Positions 39,696 through 50,936 of a DNA stretch of 64,000 nt are shown piece after piece (the first letter of the stretch is position 1; the number at the start of each line of letters is the position of its first letter). The notes beneath the pieces are model-generated. The model saw nothing but the letters and a program-made list of their open reading frames with translations, had not been told where the DNA came from and made no database searches. This DNA is from an uncultured cyanobacterium (GTDB taxonomy: Bacteria > Cyanobacteriota > Cyanobacteriia > Cyanobacteriales > CAWCAG01). Where the stretch lies: contig CAWDOD010000011.1 in NCBI GenBank assembly GCA_963803805.1, positions 192,001 to 256,000 on the forward strand, written 5' to 3'. A program made the position numbers and the translations under genes.

Positions 39696-41174
39696 ATGCA
39701 AATTCGAGGAACGAATCAATCCCAGTTAGACTGGACTGGTGATGCCCTAGCTGTGGGCTTATTTGAAGAATCTGTTGAAGTTGCTGGCGAACTGGCAACC
39801 TTAGATGAAAAGTTAGCTGGAACCATTGAAGAATTAATTACAGAAACAGAATTTAAAGCCAAGGCTAACAGTACGGCGGTAACTCGCGTTGGTAGTAATA
39901 GCCCCGTTCGGAAAATTATTTTAGTTGGTTTAGGCAAGCCTGACGAACTAAATTTAGACTGTTTGCGCCGTTGTGGGGCTGCAATCGCCAGAACTGCTAA
40001 ACAGGAGAAAGTTAAGACTTTAGGTATTAGTTTACCTGTAGTTGCAGAAGATGCTGCTACTACGGCTCAAGTTATTACTGAAGGCATAGTTTTAGCCCTA
40101 CATCAAGATAAACGCTTTAAATCTGATCCAGAAGATAAAAAAGAACCAAACTTAGAAACTGTTGATTTATTGGGTTTATCAGGGCAAGAAGCAGCTATCA
40201 GCCATGCTGAACAAGTTTGTGCTGGGGTTATTTTAGCGCGGGAATTAGTGGCAGCCCCGGCTAATACCGTAACTCCCCTTACTATGGCCGAAACAGCCCA
40301 GGAAATTGCTTCTGAACATGGTTTGGAGTTAGAAATTCTAGAACGGGAAGATTGTGAGAAACTGGGGATGGGAGCCTTTTTAGGGGTAGCAATGGCTTCT
40401 GATTTACCTCCTAAGTTTATTCACCTTACCTATAAACCCCAAGGTACACCACGACGTAAGCTAGCCATTGTGGGCAAAGGAGTTACCTTTGATTCTGGGG
40501 GCTTGAATATTAAAGGGGTGGGTAGCGGCATTGAAACCATGAAAATGGATATGGGGGGCGGTGCAGCTACTTTAGGTACAGCCAAAGCTATTGGTTTGCT
40601 TAAGCCTGATGTTGAGGTTCATTTTATTAGTGCTGCAACAGAAAATATGATTAGCGGCCATGCTATGCACCCTGGAGATGTTTTAACTGCTTCCAATGGC
40701 AAAACTATCGAAGTGAATAATACTGATGCAGAAGGACGCTTAACCCTCGCTGATGCTTTAGTCTTCGCTGAAAAGTTAGAAGTAGATGCCATCGTTGATC
40801 TGGCTACCTTGACGGGGGCTTGTATTGTAGCCCTTGGTAAGGATATAGCGGGTTTGTGGAGTAGCGACGATAGCTTAGGGACAGAAATTAAAGCAGCAGC
40901 AGAAGCAGCGGGGGAAAAGTTTTGGCAAATGCCCATGGAAGAGAAGTATTTTAAGGGTTTAAAATCTCCCATTGCGGATATGAAAAATACTGGGCCCCGT
41001 GCTGGCGGTTCCATCACCGCAGCGTTATTCTTAAAACAGTTTGTAGAAAAAACTCCTTGGGCCCATTTAGATGTGGCAGGGCCAGTTTGGACAGATAAAA
41101 ACAATGGAGTTGATAATTCTGGGGCCACTGGTTTCCCCGTTAGAACCTTGGTTAATTGGGTTTTGCATAGTTGA
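39696..41174 (+). CDS. pepA: Leucyl aminopeptidase (M17)
   Basis: [18 protein letters not shown] and NTDAEGRL motifs; ATG at 39696 after AAGGA. Confidence 0.96.
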   Translation: MQIRGTNQSQLDWTGDALAVGLFEESVEVAGELATLDEKLAGTIEELITETEFKAKANSTAVTRVGSNSPVRKIILVGLGKPDELNLDCLRRCGAAIARTAKQEKVKTLGISLPVVAEDAATTAQVITEGIVLALHQDKRFKSDPEDKKEPNLETVDLLGLSGQEAAISHAEQVCAGVILARELVAAPANTVTPLTMAETAQEIASEHGLELEILEREDCEKLGMGAFLGVAMASDLPPKFIHLTYKPQGTPRRKLAIVGKGVTFDSGGLNIKGVGSGIETMKMDMGGGAATLGTAKAIGLLKPDVEVHFISAATENMISGHAMHPGDVLTASNGKTIEVNNTDAEGRLTLADALVFAEKLEVDAIVDLATLTGACIVALGKDIAGLWSSDDSLGTEIKAAAEAAGEKFWQMPMEEKYFKGLKSPIADMKNTGPRAGGSITAALFLKQFVEKTPWAHLDVAGPVWTDKNNGVDNSGATGFPVRTLVNWVLHS

Positions 41175-41195
41175 TTAACCAACTACCCAAAAACA

Positions 41196-41236
41196 GTAAT
41201 TGACGCTTAAGGTGATCTTCCTTAAGCGTCAATTAC
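41196..41236. terminator. Perfect 17-bp hairpin downstream of pepA
   Basis: GTAATTGACGCTTAAGG-N7-CCTTAAGCGTCAATTAC. Confidence 0.7.
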
Positions 41237-41559
41237 AACCCAAAACCTAGAATTGCACACAGATTTAAAATTAATTGATATTTGTGGATGTCATACTAAT
41301 TATTAAGAGCATGACGATTTTTTTTGATGGTTACACCTCCTGGCCTTTAATTTAGCTATAGGTATTAAATTGTGCTACTTAATTCAATAGTTAATACACC
41401 CTGAATAAAAACAACTCATCTAATTTGCTCCTATAAACATCATCTAAGATGTATGTTTGCGCTCGTGTATACGTTGGTGTTGATTTTTGTATACGTTTAG
41501 GGAAAATTAGAAAAACGTTTACTTTTTCAAGGAGAAGGGGAAAGATTTTGCCAAAACAA

Positions 41560-41592
41560 AAGCAGAGAGTTAATTAATTTAACTCTCTGCTT
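41560..41592 (-). terminator. Terminator downstream of tRNA-Arg
   Basis: AAGCAGAGAGTTAA / TTAACTCTCTGCTT stem with a T-rich tail on the minus strand. Confidence 0.75.
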
Positions 41593-41600
41593 CCAATAGA

Positions 41601-41674
41601 CGGGCCAGGAGGGATTCGAACCCCCGACACCGTGGTCCGTAGCCACGTGCTCTAGTCCACTGAGCTACAGGCCC
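41601..41674 (-). tRNA. trnR-ACG: tRNA-Arg (anticodon ACG)
   Basis: GGGCCTGTAGCTCAGTGGACTAGAGCA-CGTGG-CTACGGA-CCACG-GTGTCGGGGGTTCGAATCCCTCCTGGCCCG folds as a cloverleaf; CCA is not encoded. Confidence 0.97.
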
Positions 41675-41712
41675 CTATCTAGATATATTACCTTAGCATA
41701 TAATCTCAAAAC

Positions 41713-42222
41713 ATGGAACAAAATTCTTCTACCCCAAACCAGCTAACCCATTTAGATAGTCAAGGGCAAGCCCAAATGGTTGATGTCTCCCATAAAGATG
41801 TTACCCGTCGCCAAGCGGTTGCGCTCGGACAAGTGAGGATGTTACCGAGTACCCTGGAAGCTATTGAAGCAGGCAATACTCCCAAAGGAGATGTTTTGGG
41901 TACAGCGAGGTTGGCTGGTATTATGGCAGCCAAGCAAACAGCCCAACTTATTCCTCTCTGCCATCCTCTACCTTTACATAAAGTAGAAGTTAGTTTAACC
42001 GCAGCCCCTCAGTTACCAGGTTATTTTATTCAAGCCTCTGTGATTACTAAAGCAGAAACAGGAGTAGAAATGGAAGCTTTGACAGCCGTTTCTGTCGCTG
42101 CCTTAACTTTATACGATATGGCTAAGGCTTTGGAAAAGTCTATGGAAATTGGCAATATTCATTTGCTTAGTAAGACTGGGGGTAAGTCTGGAAGTTGGAA
42201 GGCTGGGCAATCACAGAGTTAA
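41713..42222 (+). CDS. moaC: Cyclic pyranopterin monophosphate synthase
   Basis: [29 protein letters not shown] and KTGGKSG motifs. Confidence 0.96.
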   Translation: MEQNSSTPNQLTHLDSQGQAQMVDVSHKDVTRRQAVALGQVRMLPSTLEAIEAGNTPKGDVLGTARLAGIMAAKQTAQLIPLCHPLPLHKVEVSLTAAPQLPGYFIQASVITKAETGVEMEALTAVSVAALTLYDMAKALEKSMEIGNIHLLSKTGGKSGSWKAGQSQS

Positions 42223-42445
42223 ATAAAGGCTATTACTTTCCTCTCTAAGCTGCTGGCAGCATTAGCTCATTTTCGACCATCTTAATAGGTTGTTGTAAAG
42301 ATTTTCAATCACTGGTTTTCCCCCATGAACTATCTCTAAATAGCAAATACCGTGCTTAGACAAAGCGTAATACTAGCAGTCAAAGAAGATTTAGCTTAAC
42401 CTCAAAAGTATAACTACTTAACTTTCTCTTTCCAACCCAAAACCA

Positions 42446-44786
42446 ATGCAAGTATCCTCAGCAACTCCAACATCTCAAGCTACCGAAATATTAGAAACAG
42501 TCACTCTTGAAGTAGCAGGAATGAAATGTGCTGGTTGTGTTAGTGCTGTAGAGCGACAATTAACCCAAAACCAGGGGGTAGCTTCTGCTTGGGTTAACTT
42601 AGTTACTCAGATGGCGGTGGTTAAATATGATGCTTCTGTGATTCAACCTGGAGACTTGGCAGGACAAACTCACCTCTAAAGGCTTTCCTAGCCAGATTCG
42701 TAATGCTCAAAATGAGACGTTTGAGACACAAAAAAACAAGCTTCAGGAAAAACAAAATCAAGAAAAACGCCAACAAATACAACAACTGGCGATCGCTGCT
42801 ATCTTACTCTTTTTCTCCGGTTTGGGTCATTTGGGGCATTGGGGAGGTCCCCACATCCCTATTTTAAGTAATATTTGGTTGCATTGGGCTTTGGCAACCT
42901 TAGCTTTGCTTTTTCCTGGTAGAGAAATTATCATTGATGGTGCAAGGGGTTTGTGGCAGAGAATCCCTAACATGAATACCTTAGTGGGTTTGGGAACCGT
43001 TAGCACTTACATTGCTAGCTGTGCGGCTTTGTTTTTTCCCCAATTGGGTTGGCAATGCTTTTTTGATGAACCTGTTATGTTATTGGGTTTCATCCTCTTA
43101 GGGAGAATCTTGGAACAAAGGGCAAGAGGAAGGGCAGCCTCCGCTTTGAGGGCTTTACTAACCTTGCAACCTCCCTTCGCTTACTTAGTGAGTGAACCCC
43201 ACACCACAACACAAAAAGGTATTACTATTCCCGTTGAGCAGGTAAAACAAGGAGACTTGGTAAAGGTTTTGCCAGGGGATAAGGTTCCAGTAGATGGGCG
43301 AATTGCGGCAGGAGAAACCACCGTTGATGAGGGAATGTTAACCGGGGAAGCTGCACCTGTATTTAAGCAAGTCGGAGAAGAAGTTGTGGCGGGGACAATT
43401 AACCGCTCAGGAAGGGTGATCCTTGAAACTATTCGTACCGGGAAAAATACTACCTTAGCCCAAATTATTAATTTGGTAGAATCAGCCCAAACCCGCAAAG
43501 CCCCCGTCCAAAAATTGGTAGATCAAGTAGCAGGATACTTTGCCTATGGGGTAATGGCCGTGGCGAGTTTAACCTTTCTATTTTGGTATTTTATTGGTAC
43601 TAATCTTTGGCCCCAAGTTTTAGCTATTACCGCCACTTCCCCGTTGTTATTAAGCTTAAAACTGGCGATCGCGGTTTTAGTAATTGCCTGTCCCTGTGCT
43701 TTAGGTTTAGCTACTCCCACAGCAATTTTGGTAGGAACAGGAATTGGGGCAGAAAAGGGCATTTTAATAAAAGGTGGTGATGTTTTAGAACGCATCAATC
43801 AGTTGGATAGCATCGTTTTTGATAAAACCGGTACTTTAACTCAAGGGCATCCCACCGTAACAGATTGTATTCCTTTAGCTTCAATCGGGGCAACGAATGT
43901 AGGGTCACTCTGTCCCTCCCCCCTACTGCAAATCGCCGCTTCAGCAGAAAGTGGTACTAATCATCCCCTCGCCACAGCAATTATGCAAGAAGCCCATTTA
44001 CAAGGGTTAAGCTTATTAGAAGCTGATAATTTCCATACTGAACCGGGACAGGGCATTACAGCAAAGGTAATCGGCAAACAAGTAGTATTGGGAAATCTTG
44101 CTTGGTTAGAAAGTCGAGGTATTCCTGTAGACTCGCAAGTAGAAGAGAAAGTCACCCCTTTAGCAAAAACAGGCAAAACCGTCGTCTACTGCGGTATAAA
44201 TGGCGAATTAGCGGGATTAATTGCCTTAAAAGACAAACTACGCCCCCAAGGGAAAGAAACTATCTCTAAGCTTTACCAAAGGGGTTTAGAGGTCATACTC
44301 TTAACAGGGGATCACCAAGGAGTTGCTGAGCAAGTAGCAACAGAACTCGGTATCACCCAAATCTTTGCTGGAGTCAAACCTGAGCAAAAAGCTGCCCTCA
44401 TTAAATCTCTACAAAAATCTCAAGTAGTTGCCATGGTTGGGGATGGCATTAATGATGCCCCTGCCTTAGCCCAAGCAGATGTGGGTATATCTTTGCAAGG
44501 AGGGACAGATGTAGCCATAGAAACCGCCGGAATCATCTTGATGCAAGAAAACTTACTTAATGTCGTCGAATCTTTGCGCCTTAGTTTAGCAACCTTAAAT
44601 AAAATTCGTCAAAACTTATTTTGGGCCCTTAGTTATAATACCTTCGCCATTCCCGTCGCCGCAGGTATTCTATTACCACATTGGGGTTTTGTCCTCAGCC
44701 CTGGGTTAGCCGGAGGTTTTATGGCTGGTAGTTCAGTGATAGTTGTGACAAATTCACTACTTTTACGCCGTTCTTTCTTAAGCTAG
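42446..44786 (+). pseudogene. ctaA: Cu(I)-type P1B ATPase (CtaA-like), frameshifted just after the HMA domain
   Basis: GMKCAGC, TGE, CPC, DKTGT, HP and GDGINDAP motifs. Deleting one base near 42662 restores DLADKLTSKGFPSQIR and joins the two ORFs. Confidence 0.85.
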
Positions 44787-44976
44787 ATTTCATGACATTA
44801 CAAATTGACTACAATTATTAACTGTATAGAACTCAGTAGTGTACCTAGGCGTTCTTAAGGAAGAAAAGTATACTGTATTAAAATAAGGATGCTGTTTAGG
44901 GATAGCTTAATTGGCTCAATTGAGCTAAAAATAAAGTCATCTCTAATCAACCAACTAACTGCACGAGCAATTGCTA

Positions 44977-45444
44977 ATGGCTGTGAAATCGGCAAAACAA
45001 GATCGAGAACATTTATTTATCGTCGAAGACGACAAAGGGAAAAGAGAGGTTCTCTTAGATAAACCTGTCTATTCTATTGGTAGAGAAAAAAAGTGCGATA
45101 TTCGCCTTTACTCTAAGCTATATTCTTCCTCTATTTCTCGCCGCCACGCAACTTTGGTCAGAAAATCCCAAGAAGATGGCAGTATTTACTACCAAATTAT
45201 TGACGGCGACTCCAAAGGTAAAGTTAGTGTCAATGGATTAAGAATAAATGGCACTAAGCTGCAATCCCACAACTTAGCTAAGGGAGACGAAGTTGTCTTT
45301 GCGCCTCATGTACTAGCTGTTTATCAGTTAAGGGGAGATGTAGAACTACCTCGTCGTTCAGCACTACCCACCGCCCCTCCCAGCGACGATCCCTATGATA
45401 TTACTTTGATCGATCCATCTATGATGGATGGGGATGAAGAGTAG
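44977..45444 (+). CDS. FHA domain protein
   Basis: YSIGR, SRRHATL and SVNG motifs. Confidence 0.88.
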   Translation: MAVKSAKQDREHLFIVEDDKGKREVLLDKPVYSIGREKKCDIRLYSKLYSSSISRRHATLVRKSQEDGSIYYQIIDGDSKGKVSVNGLRINGTKLQSHNLAKGDEVVFAPHVLAVYQLRGDVELPRRSALPTAPPSDDPYDITLIDPSMMDGDEE

Positions 45445-45483
45445 TAACAGAGAGCCAAGAAAAGACTTATCCAAAAGTGAGAA

Positions 45484-45558
45484 GCTAATGGCTAGTTGCT
45501 AGTCGCTAGTTGCTAGTTGCTAAAATCTTATACTTGGTGAGGAGATTTTATTTATTGG
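45484..45558 (-). repeat. Second, inverted copy of the headed heptamer array
   Basis: Reverse complement reads CCAATAAATAAAATCTCCTCACCAAGTATAAGATTT followed by TAGCAAC/TAGCCAT heptamers. Confidence 0.8.
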
Positions 45559-45656
45559 AGTTCTCTAAGTTGTCATGTATTTAAGATTGGTATACCAAAG
45601 GAAGAAAGCCGGGATTGGGGAGTAGGGAGCAAAAGAAGAGTTACAGCTTATTCCCC

Positions 45657-45827
45657 TTAATCTGCTTCAACGTCGGTGATATCTTCTTGGGGGCTTTCTA
45701 TTTCCTCTTTGAAACCCCTTAAAGTTTTGCCTAAAGCCCCCCCTAGTTCAGGAATCTTTTTGGGGCCAAAGATAAGCAATGCAGCAAATCCAATTAAAGC
45801 AATTTCCGGCCAGCCTAAACCAAACAT
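45657..45827 (-). CDS. tatA: Twin-arginine translocase TatA/E subunit (56 aa; absent from the ORF track)
   Basis: MFGLGWPEIALIGFAALLIFGPKKIPELGGALGKTLRGFKEEIESPQEDITDVEAD*. Confidence 0.93.
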   Translation of the reverse strand: MFGLGWPEIALIGFAALLIFGPKKIPELGGALGKTLRGFKEEIESPQEDITDVEAD

Positions 45828-46001
45828 AAATTTACTAGTTATTTAGTTATTTAGTATTAAGCCTGCAACAAAGGCAAGCTGTAAAGTTATTGTAACTTCT
45901 ATGTATCAAAAATTAATTTATTTTTGCTCACCAAAAATAAATGTAAATCCGCGATCGCCTACAGGATAATAACTGGCAAATATTTTAGTTAAGTTTAATT
46001 A

Positions 46002-46622
46002 ATGAATTCATCAATTCAGATGCAAGCTGTTGTAGAAGCGCCTTATTACAAAGATGAATTTCTTTGTCCTTGGGCAGTTCAAAAATTCAAGCCGTTTTCA
46101 ATGATCCGTTTATGGGGAGAAATGACAAATCCAGAAATTGGGTTAATTTTTGCTCAACTAGCTAAATACAACGGCATAGAAATTACTAACGACAAACAAG
46201 CAGTTTTAGAGCAAATCATAGAAGCAGAAAACTTAATTTTGCCAGGTGGAATACAAACTGTATCTGAGGATCAAGTTATTCCTCCAAGTTGTTGTTGCGG
46301 ACTAGAAACATGGCGGGAATGGAGAGACTTTCTCAAAACTGGTGATTCACCTTGGTTAGGGCATGATCCAAGTCCATGGCTTGAAAGTAAAGATGATGTT
46401 ATTCTTATTTGGTCAGATGGCGGTATGATGCCAGTCAAAAATGCCTTTCATATTGATGCTTCACAGTCTGATTTTGAGCAGGCATTAAAGCTTGTAGAAC
46501 AGGATCTTCAGGAATTTCTGTTTTCTATTGAGAGTTGGGCGCGAGATATTAGCTTTGCCAGAGCGAAAGAGTTATTTCATAAATTTGATGAGTGTTTTAA
46601 TGTTAGAAAGCAGTATGCGTAA
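46002..46622 (+). CDS. Hypothetical protein
   Basis: 206-aa ORF with a conserved-looking PSCCCGLETWREW...WLGHDPSPW segment. Confidence 0.7.
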   Translation: MNSSIQMQAVVEAPYYKDEFLCPWAVQKFKPFSMIRLWGEMTNPEIGLIFAQLAKYNGIEITNDKQAVLEQIIEAENLILPGGIQTVSEDQVIPPSCCCGLETWREWRDFLKTGDSPWLGHDPSPWLESKDDVILIWSDGGMMPVKNAFHIDASQSDFEQALKLVEQDLQEFLFSIESWARDISFARAKELFHKFDECFNVRKQYA

Positions 46623-46722
46623 GTTTGAAGCATCATAAATAATCACGCGCCGTAAACGAACGAATACTCTCTCCTAACCGCAGATGCTTGTATAGCAATG
46701 ATTCTATGAAACCAAGCTGGTA

Positions 46723-47292
46723 TCAGAGCAAGTCATCGTATGATTTAAGCTCTACTACAGTTTGAGCTAAACCTTGCTTTTCGTAAACGGCAAGCAATTC
46801 TTCAATACTTTTAGGTGGATTTTTCAAACTCTTTCGTTGACGTTTCGCAGCTTCACAAACCGTTAAAGGAGCTAAATTAATCAAATGAGTTATGAACTCA
46901 TCGGGATGTTGGGCCTCAATACCATACTGTTTGAGAGTTGCCGTCGGAAAATCTGATAAGTTATAGGTAACAATCACATCAGCCCCCACACAGATTGAAG
47001 CTGCCAAAACATGACGATCATTTTCATCTGGTAAGGTAAGACAGGGGATAATATCTTCATAGCCAGAAACCAAACAGTCGCGAACATTACTGTTCATCAA
47101 CTCTCTTGTACGTTGTAAACTTTCCCTCGTCAGATCGGGTCTGTTTTTTAAAACATTCCGAGTCCATTCGTCATGAATTTCTTCAGTCCACTTAGCACGA
47201 AACAAATCTGTTATTGCTAAGTGCATTAAAAAGTCGCGTAAAGGGGCAGGGTAAAGGACACAGGCATCAAACATTGCCGTGAAGTTACTCAC
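46723..47292 (-). CDS. PIN domain protein (VapC50-like)
   Basis: FDACVL, WTEEIHDEW, PDENDRHVLAA and IVTYNLSDF motifs. Confidence 0.88.
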   Translation of the reverse strand: MSNFTAMFDACVLYPAPLRDFLMHLAITDLFRAKWTEEIHDEWTRNVLKNRPDLTRESLQRTRELMNSNVRDCLVSGYEDIIPCLTLPDENDRHVLAASICVGADVIVTYNLSDFPTATLKQYGIEAQHPDEFITHLINLAPLTVCEAAKRQRKSLKNPPKSIEELLAVYEKQGLAQTVVELKSYDDLL

Positions 47293-47295
47293 AAA

Positions 47296-47781
47296 TCAAT
47301 ATCCCATGTTTAACTCTTGTGCCTCTTGTGCAAGCTCTTCGAGAGCTTTAGTTCTCTGTTTGTCTATGTCTTGTTTGTAAGCCATGAGATCATCAAAGCG
47401 GATACGGCGATGGGTTCCAACTTTGCGATATGGAATCTTGTCATTGTCAATTAGCCCGATTAAAAAGGGACGGGAGACATTTAAAATATCTGCTGCTTGT
47501 TGAGTTGTTAACTCCGCGTGTACAGGTATTAAGGTAACTGCGTTACCACGAGCCATTTGCGTCAGAATATCAGTTAAAAGATGAAGTGCAGATACCGGAA
47601 TAGCAACGACCTCTTCTACCTTATTGTCTTTCTGTATACACAGTTTAAAGTCCTCTTTCTGACTTCCAGCAGGATATTCACTGACAAATCTTGATAGCTG
47701 ACTACTGGACTCTCGCGCAAGCCTCTGATCTGAAGCAGTCGGTACAATCGTTTCTTGGCAATCAGCGATTCCCATAACCAT
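47296..47781 (-). CDS. Excisionase-family HTH DNA-binding protein, putative antitoxin
   Basis: [22 protein letters not shown]...KVGTHRRI; 3 bp from the PIN gene. Confidence 0.88.
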   Translation of the reverse strand: MVMGIADCQETIVPTASDQRLARESSSQLSRFVSEYPAGSQKEDFKLCIQKDNKVEEVVAIPVSALHLLTDILTQMARGNAVTLIPVHAELTTQQAADILNVSRPFLIGLIDNDKIPYRKVGTHRRIRFDDLMAYKQDIDKQRTKALEELAQEAQELNMGY

Positions 47782-47954
47782 TGCTTTTAACCTACACTCT
47801 TGATTAACTATTACTTATAGTAATCCGTAAACGAAATAAACGCAATGAGTGTAACAAACAGAATATTTGTATCAATAGAGAAAGCTGATCTTGCTTTCAA
47901 GTTACATCCGAAGGCACAATAATCTTGACAACTAAAACCTAGATAACATAAACC

Positions 47955-48866
47955 ATGACTACAAGTGCAACTCCTGGTTTAGCTTCCCGTTTGGTCAATG
48001 GAGTACTGGCGGTTAAGCCCTTAGCTAATTTGGCCAAATATCAAGCCCGTAAAATGATGATGGATCGGGCTGAGGCTATGGGTGTTCCTTGGCGGAGTGA
48101 GGTGGAGAAGTTGCGCAGTTATGATTGGGACTCGGAATTAGTAGAAGTTGAAGATCCTCAATTAACCTATCCTGAATATTATTTACGCTCTTTCCATGCC
48201 TATGAAAAGGGGAATTTGAGTTGGGATGCGGCTTTAGAAGTAGAGTTTGCTGCCTATGCTGTTCATGCCAAAATTTGGCCCGATGCGGGGGTAAATGGAG
48301 ATGCTATGTTGCGGCGGAGTTATCATAACTTGGTGAAGGAACAAGTTTCGGGTGAACCGGAAGCTATTTTAGATATTGGTTGTAGTGTGGGGATGAGTAG
48401 TTTTGCATTACAAGAGGTTTATCCCCAAGCCCAAATAACCGGATTAGATTTGTCTCCTTATTTCCTGACAGTGGCTCAAAACCGTGCTAAGGAGAAAAAT
48501 TTAACTATCAACTGGAAACACGCCGCAGCCGAGAATACGGGTTTGCCTGATGAAGCTTTTGATTTGGTATCGGTATGCTTGGTATTCCACGAATTACCCC
48601 AACAAGCAACCAAAGAAATTTTGTCAGAAATTAAGCGCATTTTAAAGCCAGGAGGTTATTTTACCTTTATGGATATGAACCCGCGATCGCCGATTTATGG
48701 GAAAATGCCTCCTTACATTTTGACTTTGCTCAAAAGTACAGAACCTTATTTAGATCAATATTTTGATTTAGATATAGCTAAAGCGATCACAGAAGCAGGT
48801 TTTGCTGAACCAACTATCACTCCTAATAGTCCCCGACATCGTACGGTTGTGGCTCAAAAAGTATAA
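47955..48866 (+). CDS. Class I SAM-dependent methyltransferase
   Basis: ILDIGCSVG, GLDLS and RILKPGG motifs. Confidence 0.9.
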   Translation: MTTSATPGLASRLVNGVLAVKPLANLAKYQARKMMMDRAEAMGVPWRSEVEKLRSYDWDSELVEVEDPQLTYPEYYLRSFHAYEKGNLSWDAALEVEFAAYAVHAKIWPDAGVNGDAMLRRSYHNLVKEQVSGEPEAILDIGCSVGMSSFALQEVYPQAQITGLDLSPYFLTVAQNRAKEKNLTINWKHAAAENTGLPDEAFDLVSVCLVFHELPQQATKEILSEIKRILKPGGYFTFMDMNPRSPIYGKMPPYILTLLKSTEPYLDQYFDLDIAKAITEAGFAEPTITPNSPRHRTVVAQKV

Positions 48867-48910
48867 ATGGCTAATGGCTAACTACTAACTGCTAAGTGTT
48901 AACTGAAAAT

Positions 48911-49327
48911 ATGCACCATCAAAAAGTACTCAAAATTAAAACCACTGGCAAATCCTTACATAAAATCACCCGTGATATAGACTCTGTTGTCGCTAACTCC
49001 GGGGTAGATACAGGTTTATGTACAGTTTTTGTTCGTCATACCTCTGCTAGCTTAGTCATTCAAGAAAACGCAGATCCCGATGTTCTCACAGATTTAGCTA
49101 ACTTCTTCGCCAAACTTGTACCTGAAGATGGCAGAAGTTACATCCACAGTGCCGAAGGTGCTGATGATATGCCAGCCCACATTCGTTCCGCCCTTACCCA
49201 AACCTCAGAACAAATCCCCATTTCTCGTGGCAGATTGGTATTAGGTACTTGGCAAGGTATTTATCTTTGGGAACATCGCCAACGTAATCACCATAGAGAA
49301 GTTGTGGTTCATGTTAGTGGTGAGTAA
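48911..49327 (+). CDS. yjbQ: YjbQ (UPF0047) family protein
   Basis: HTSASL, QENADPDV and LGTWQGIYLWEH motifs. Confidence 0.9.
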   Translation: MHHQKVLKIKTTGKSLHKITRDIDSVVANSGVDTGLCTVFVRHTSASLVIQENADPDVLTDLANFFAKLVPEDGRSYIHSAEGADDMPAHIRSALTQTSEQIPISRGRLVLGTWQGIYLWEHRQRNHHREVVVHVSGE

Positions 49328-49448
49328 TTCTTCATCTCTCTCCCTTTACCCCTTCCCTGTATTAAGCTGTGTAGCAATATGTTCGTTTCCTCCAAAGCCT
49401 TAACTAAAATTAGGATTAGCAACCTTAAGTAAGTACTGGGAGGAACAA

Positions 49449-49718
49449 ATGCTTATAGTTATCACTGAAAAACAGATACTTTCTCCTCAGCAAGTTTGTG
49501 GTGACTGTTTGCTTGCTAGTAAGAAAGGCTTACCTCGCTGGGATAAAGGTAAATTAGGTTGTAGTCGCAACCAGATTAAGGAAGCTAAAAATCTAAAAAC
49601 TTCCCTGGAGAGTAACGCTTTTCAAGAAGTAGCATCGGAGGTATACGAATGTCAGATGGGATTTTGCATCGCTAACATTGAGAGTACTAGAAGACTGGGA
49701 GACTCAGAGACTAGGTAA
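49449..49718 (+). CDS. Small Cys-containing cyanobacterial hypothetical protein
   Basis: QVCGDCLLA...PRW...YECQMGF; GGAGGA RBS. Confidence 0.75.
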   Translation: MLIVITEKQILSPQQVCGDCLLASKKGLPRWDKGKLGCSRNQIKEAKNLKTSLESNAFQEVASEVYECQMGFCIANIESTRRLGDSETR

Positions 49719-49795
49719 GGTAATTATCAATTGTATTTTGAGCTTTATCTATAATAGAGAAACTATTGACTCTAAGTTTCTCAGGAGAGAAGGCG

Positions 49796-50281
49796 ATGAA
49801 TTGGCGCGGTTCTACGGATATTAAAGATAAAATTTTTTCTGTTTTGGTATATTTATTCCCTTTATATTACTTGCTACCCTTTGGAAGATATATAGGACGG
49901 CAGTTTCCTGGGTTATTAGAGATAATTAGTATTCCTCTTATTCCTGTTGCCATAATCTATAACCTTTTAGGAATGTTCGCTGGAATTATTATTTTCTTTG
50001 TTCTATTCCTTGCTGTGGTGAGGAATCCTCGCATTAGCCATTTTATTCGCTACAACACAATGCAAGCGATTTTGATTGATATTTTGTTAACTTTGCTCAG
50101 TATAGTCTTGGACACTATCTTGAGTCCTATAATTGGCACTGGTTTAATTGCAGAAACACTTTTCAATACAGTATTCTTAGGGGTTTTGGCTATTTGCGCC
50201 TATTCTATGGTTCAGTCTTTGTTAGGTAAGTATGCAGAAATTCCTCAGCTTTCCGAAGCAGTTTATAGTCAAGTACGTTAA
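49796..50281 (+). CDS. ycf60: Tic20/Ycf60 family protein
   Basis: MNWRGS, VVRNPRISHFIRYNTMQAIL and YAEIP motifs. Confidence 0.85.
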   Translation: MNWRGSTDIKDKIFSVLVYLFPLYYLLPFGRYIGRQFPGLLEIISIPLIPVAIIYNLLGMFAGIIIFFVLFLAVVRNPRISHFIRYNTMQAILIDILLTLLSIVLDTILSPIIGTGLIAETLFNTVFLGVLAICAYSMVQSLLGKYAEIPQLSEAVYSQVR

Positions 50282-50294
50282 TTGTCTCATTTTT

Positions 50295-50936
50295 ATGGAT
50301 GATCACTCTTGGCTAAAGTTACTGCAACGATACCGGGCGATCGCAGTTATTCGTTCTCCCCAACAATCTTTAGGCTTGAAAATGGCTCAAGCTGTTGCTG
50401 CTGCGGGAATAAGGTTAATTGAGATAACGTGGAATAGTGCTAATCCTGGTAGCCTGATTACTCAATTGCAATCCCAACTACCAGGTTGCATTATTGGTGC
50501 AGGAACAATTTTAAATAAGTGCCAACTTACTGAAGCGATCGCCGCAAAAGCACAGTTTCTCTTTTCTCCTCACACCAACCCTTTATTAATTCAAGCTGCT
50601 GTAGCTGTGGGGACTCCTATCGTACCAGGGGCTTTATCTCCTACCGAAATTGTTACCGCTTGGCAAGCAGGGGCAAGTTGCGTTAAAATTTTCCCTTGCC
50701 AAGCTGTGGGAGGGGCAAACTATATTAAAAGCTTGCAAGGGCCTTTAGGTCAAATTCCTTTAATTCCTACCGGAGGGATTACTTTAAACAACGCCTCGGA
50801 GTTTTTAGCTGCTGGGGCGATCGCCGTCGGGCTTTCTAGTCAGTTATTTCCTCAAGAATTAATAGTAGCAGAAGATTGGCAAGGTATTACTAAAAGGGCT
50901 AAGTTGTTGCAGGAGAAGTTGTTGATTAATTGTTAG
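50295..50936 (+). CDS. eda: KDPG/KHG aldolase
   Basis: AIAVIR, IEIT, GAGT, SPTE, VKIFP and PTGGI motifs. Confidence 0.9.
   Translation: MDDHSWLKLLQRYRAIAVIRSPQQSLGLKMAQAVAAAGIRLIEITWNSANPGSLITQLQSQLPGCIIGAGTILNKCQLTEAIAAKAQFLFSPHTNPLLIQAAVAVGTPIVPGALSPTEIVTAWQAGASCVKIFPCQAVGGANYIKSLQGPLGQIPLIPTGGITLNNASEFLAAGAIAVGLSSQLFPQELIVAEDWQGITKRAKLLQEKLLINC

Noticed and set aside
41601-41674. tRNA-Arg as an island integration site
   Set aside because: No duplicated tRNA 3' end or integrase was seen, and the flanks are housekeeping genes.
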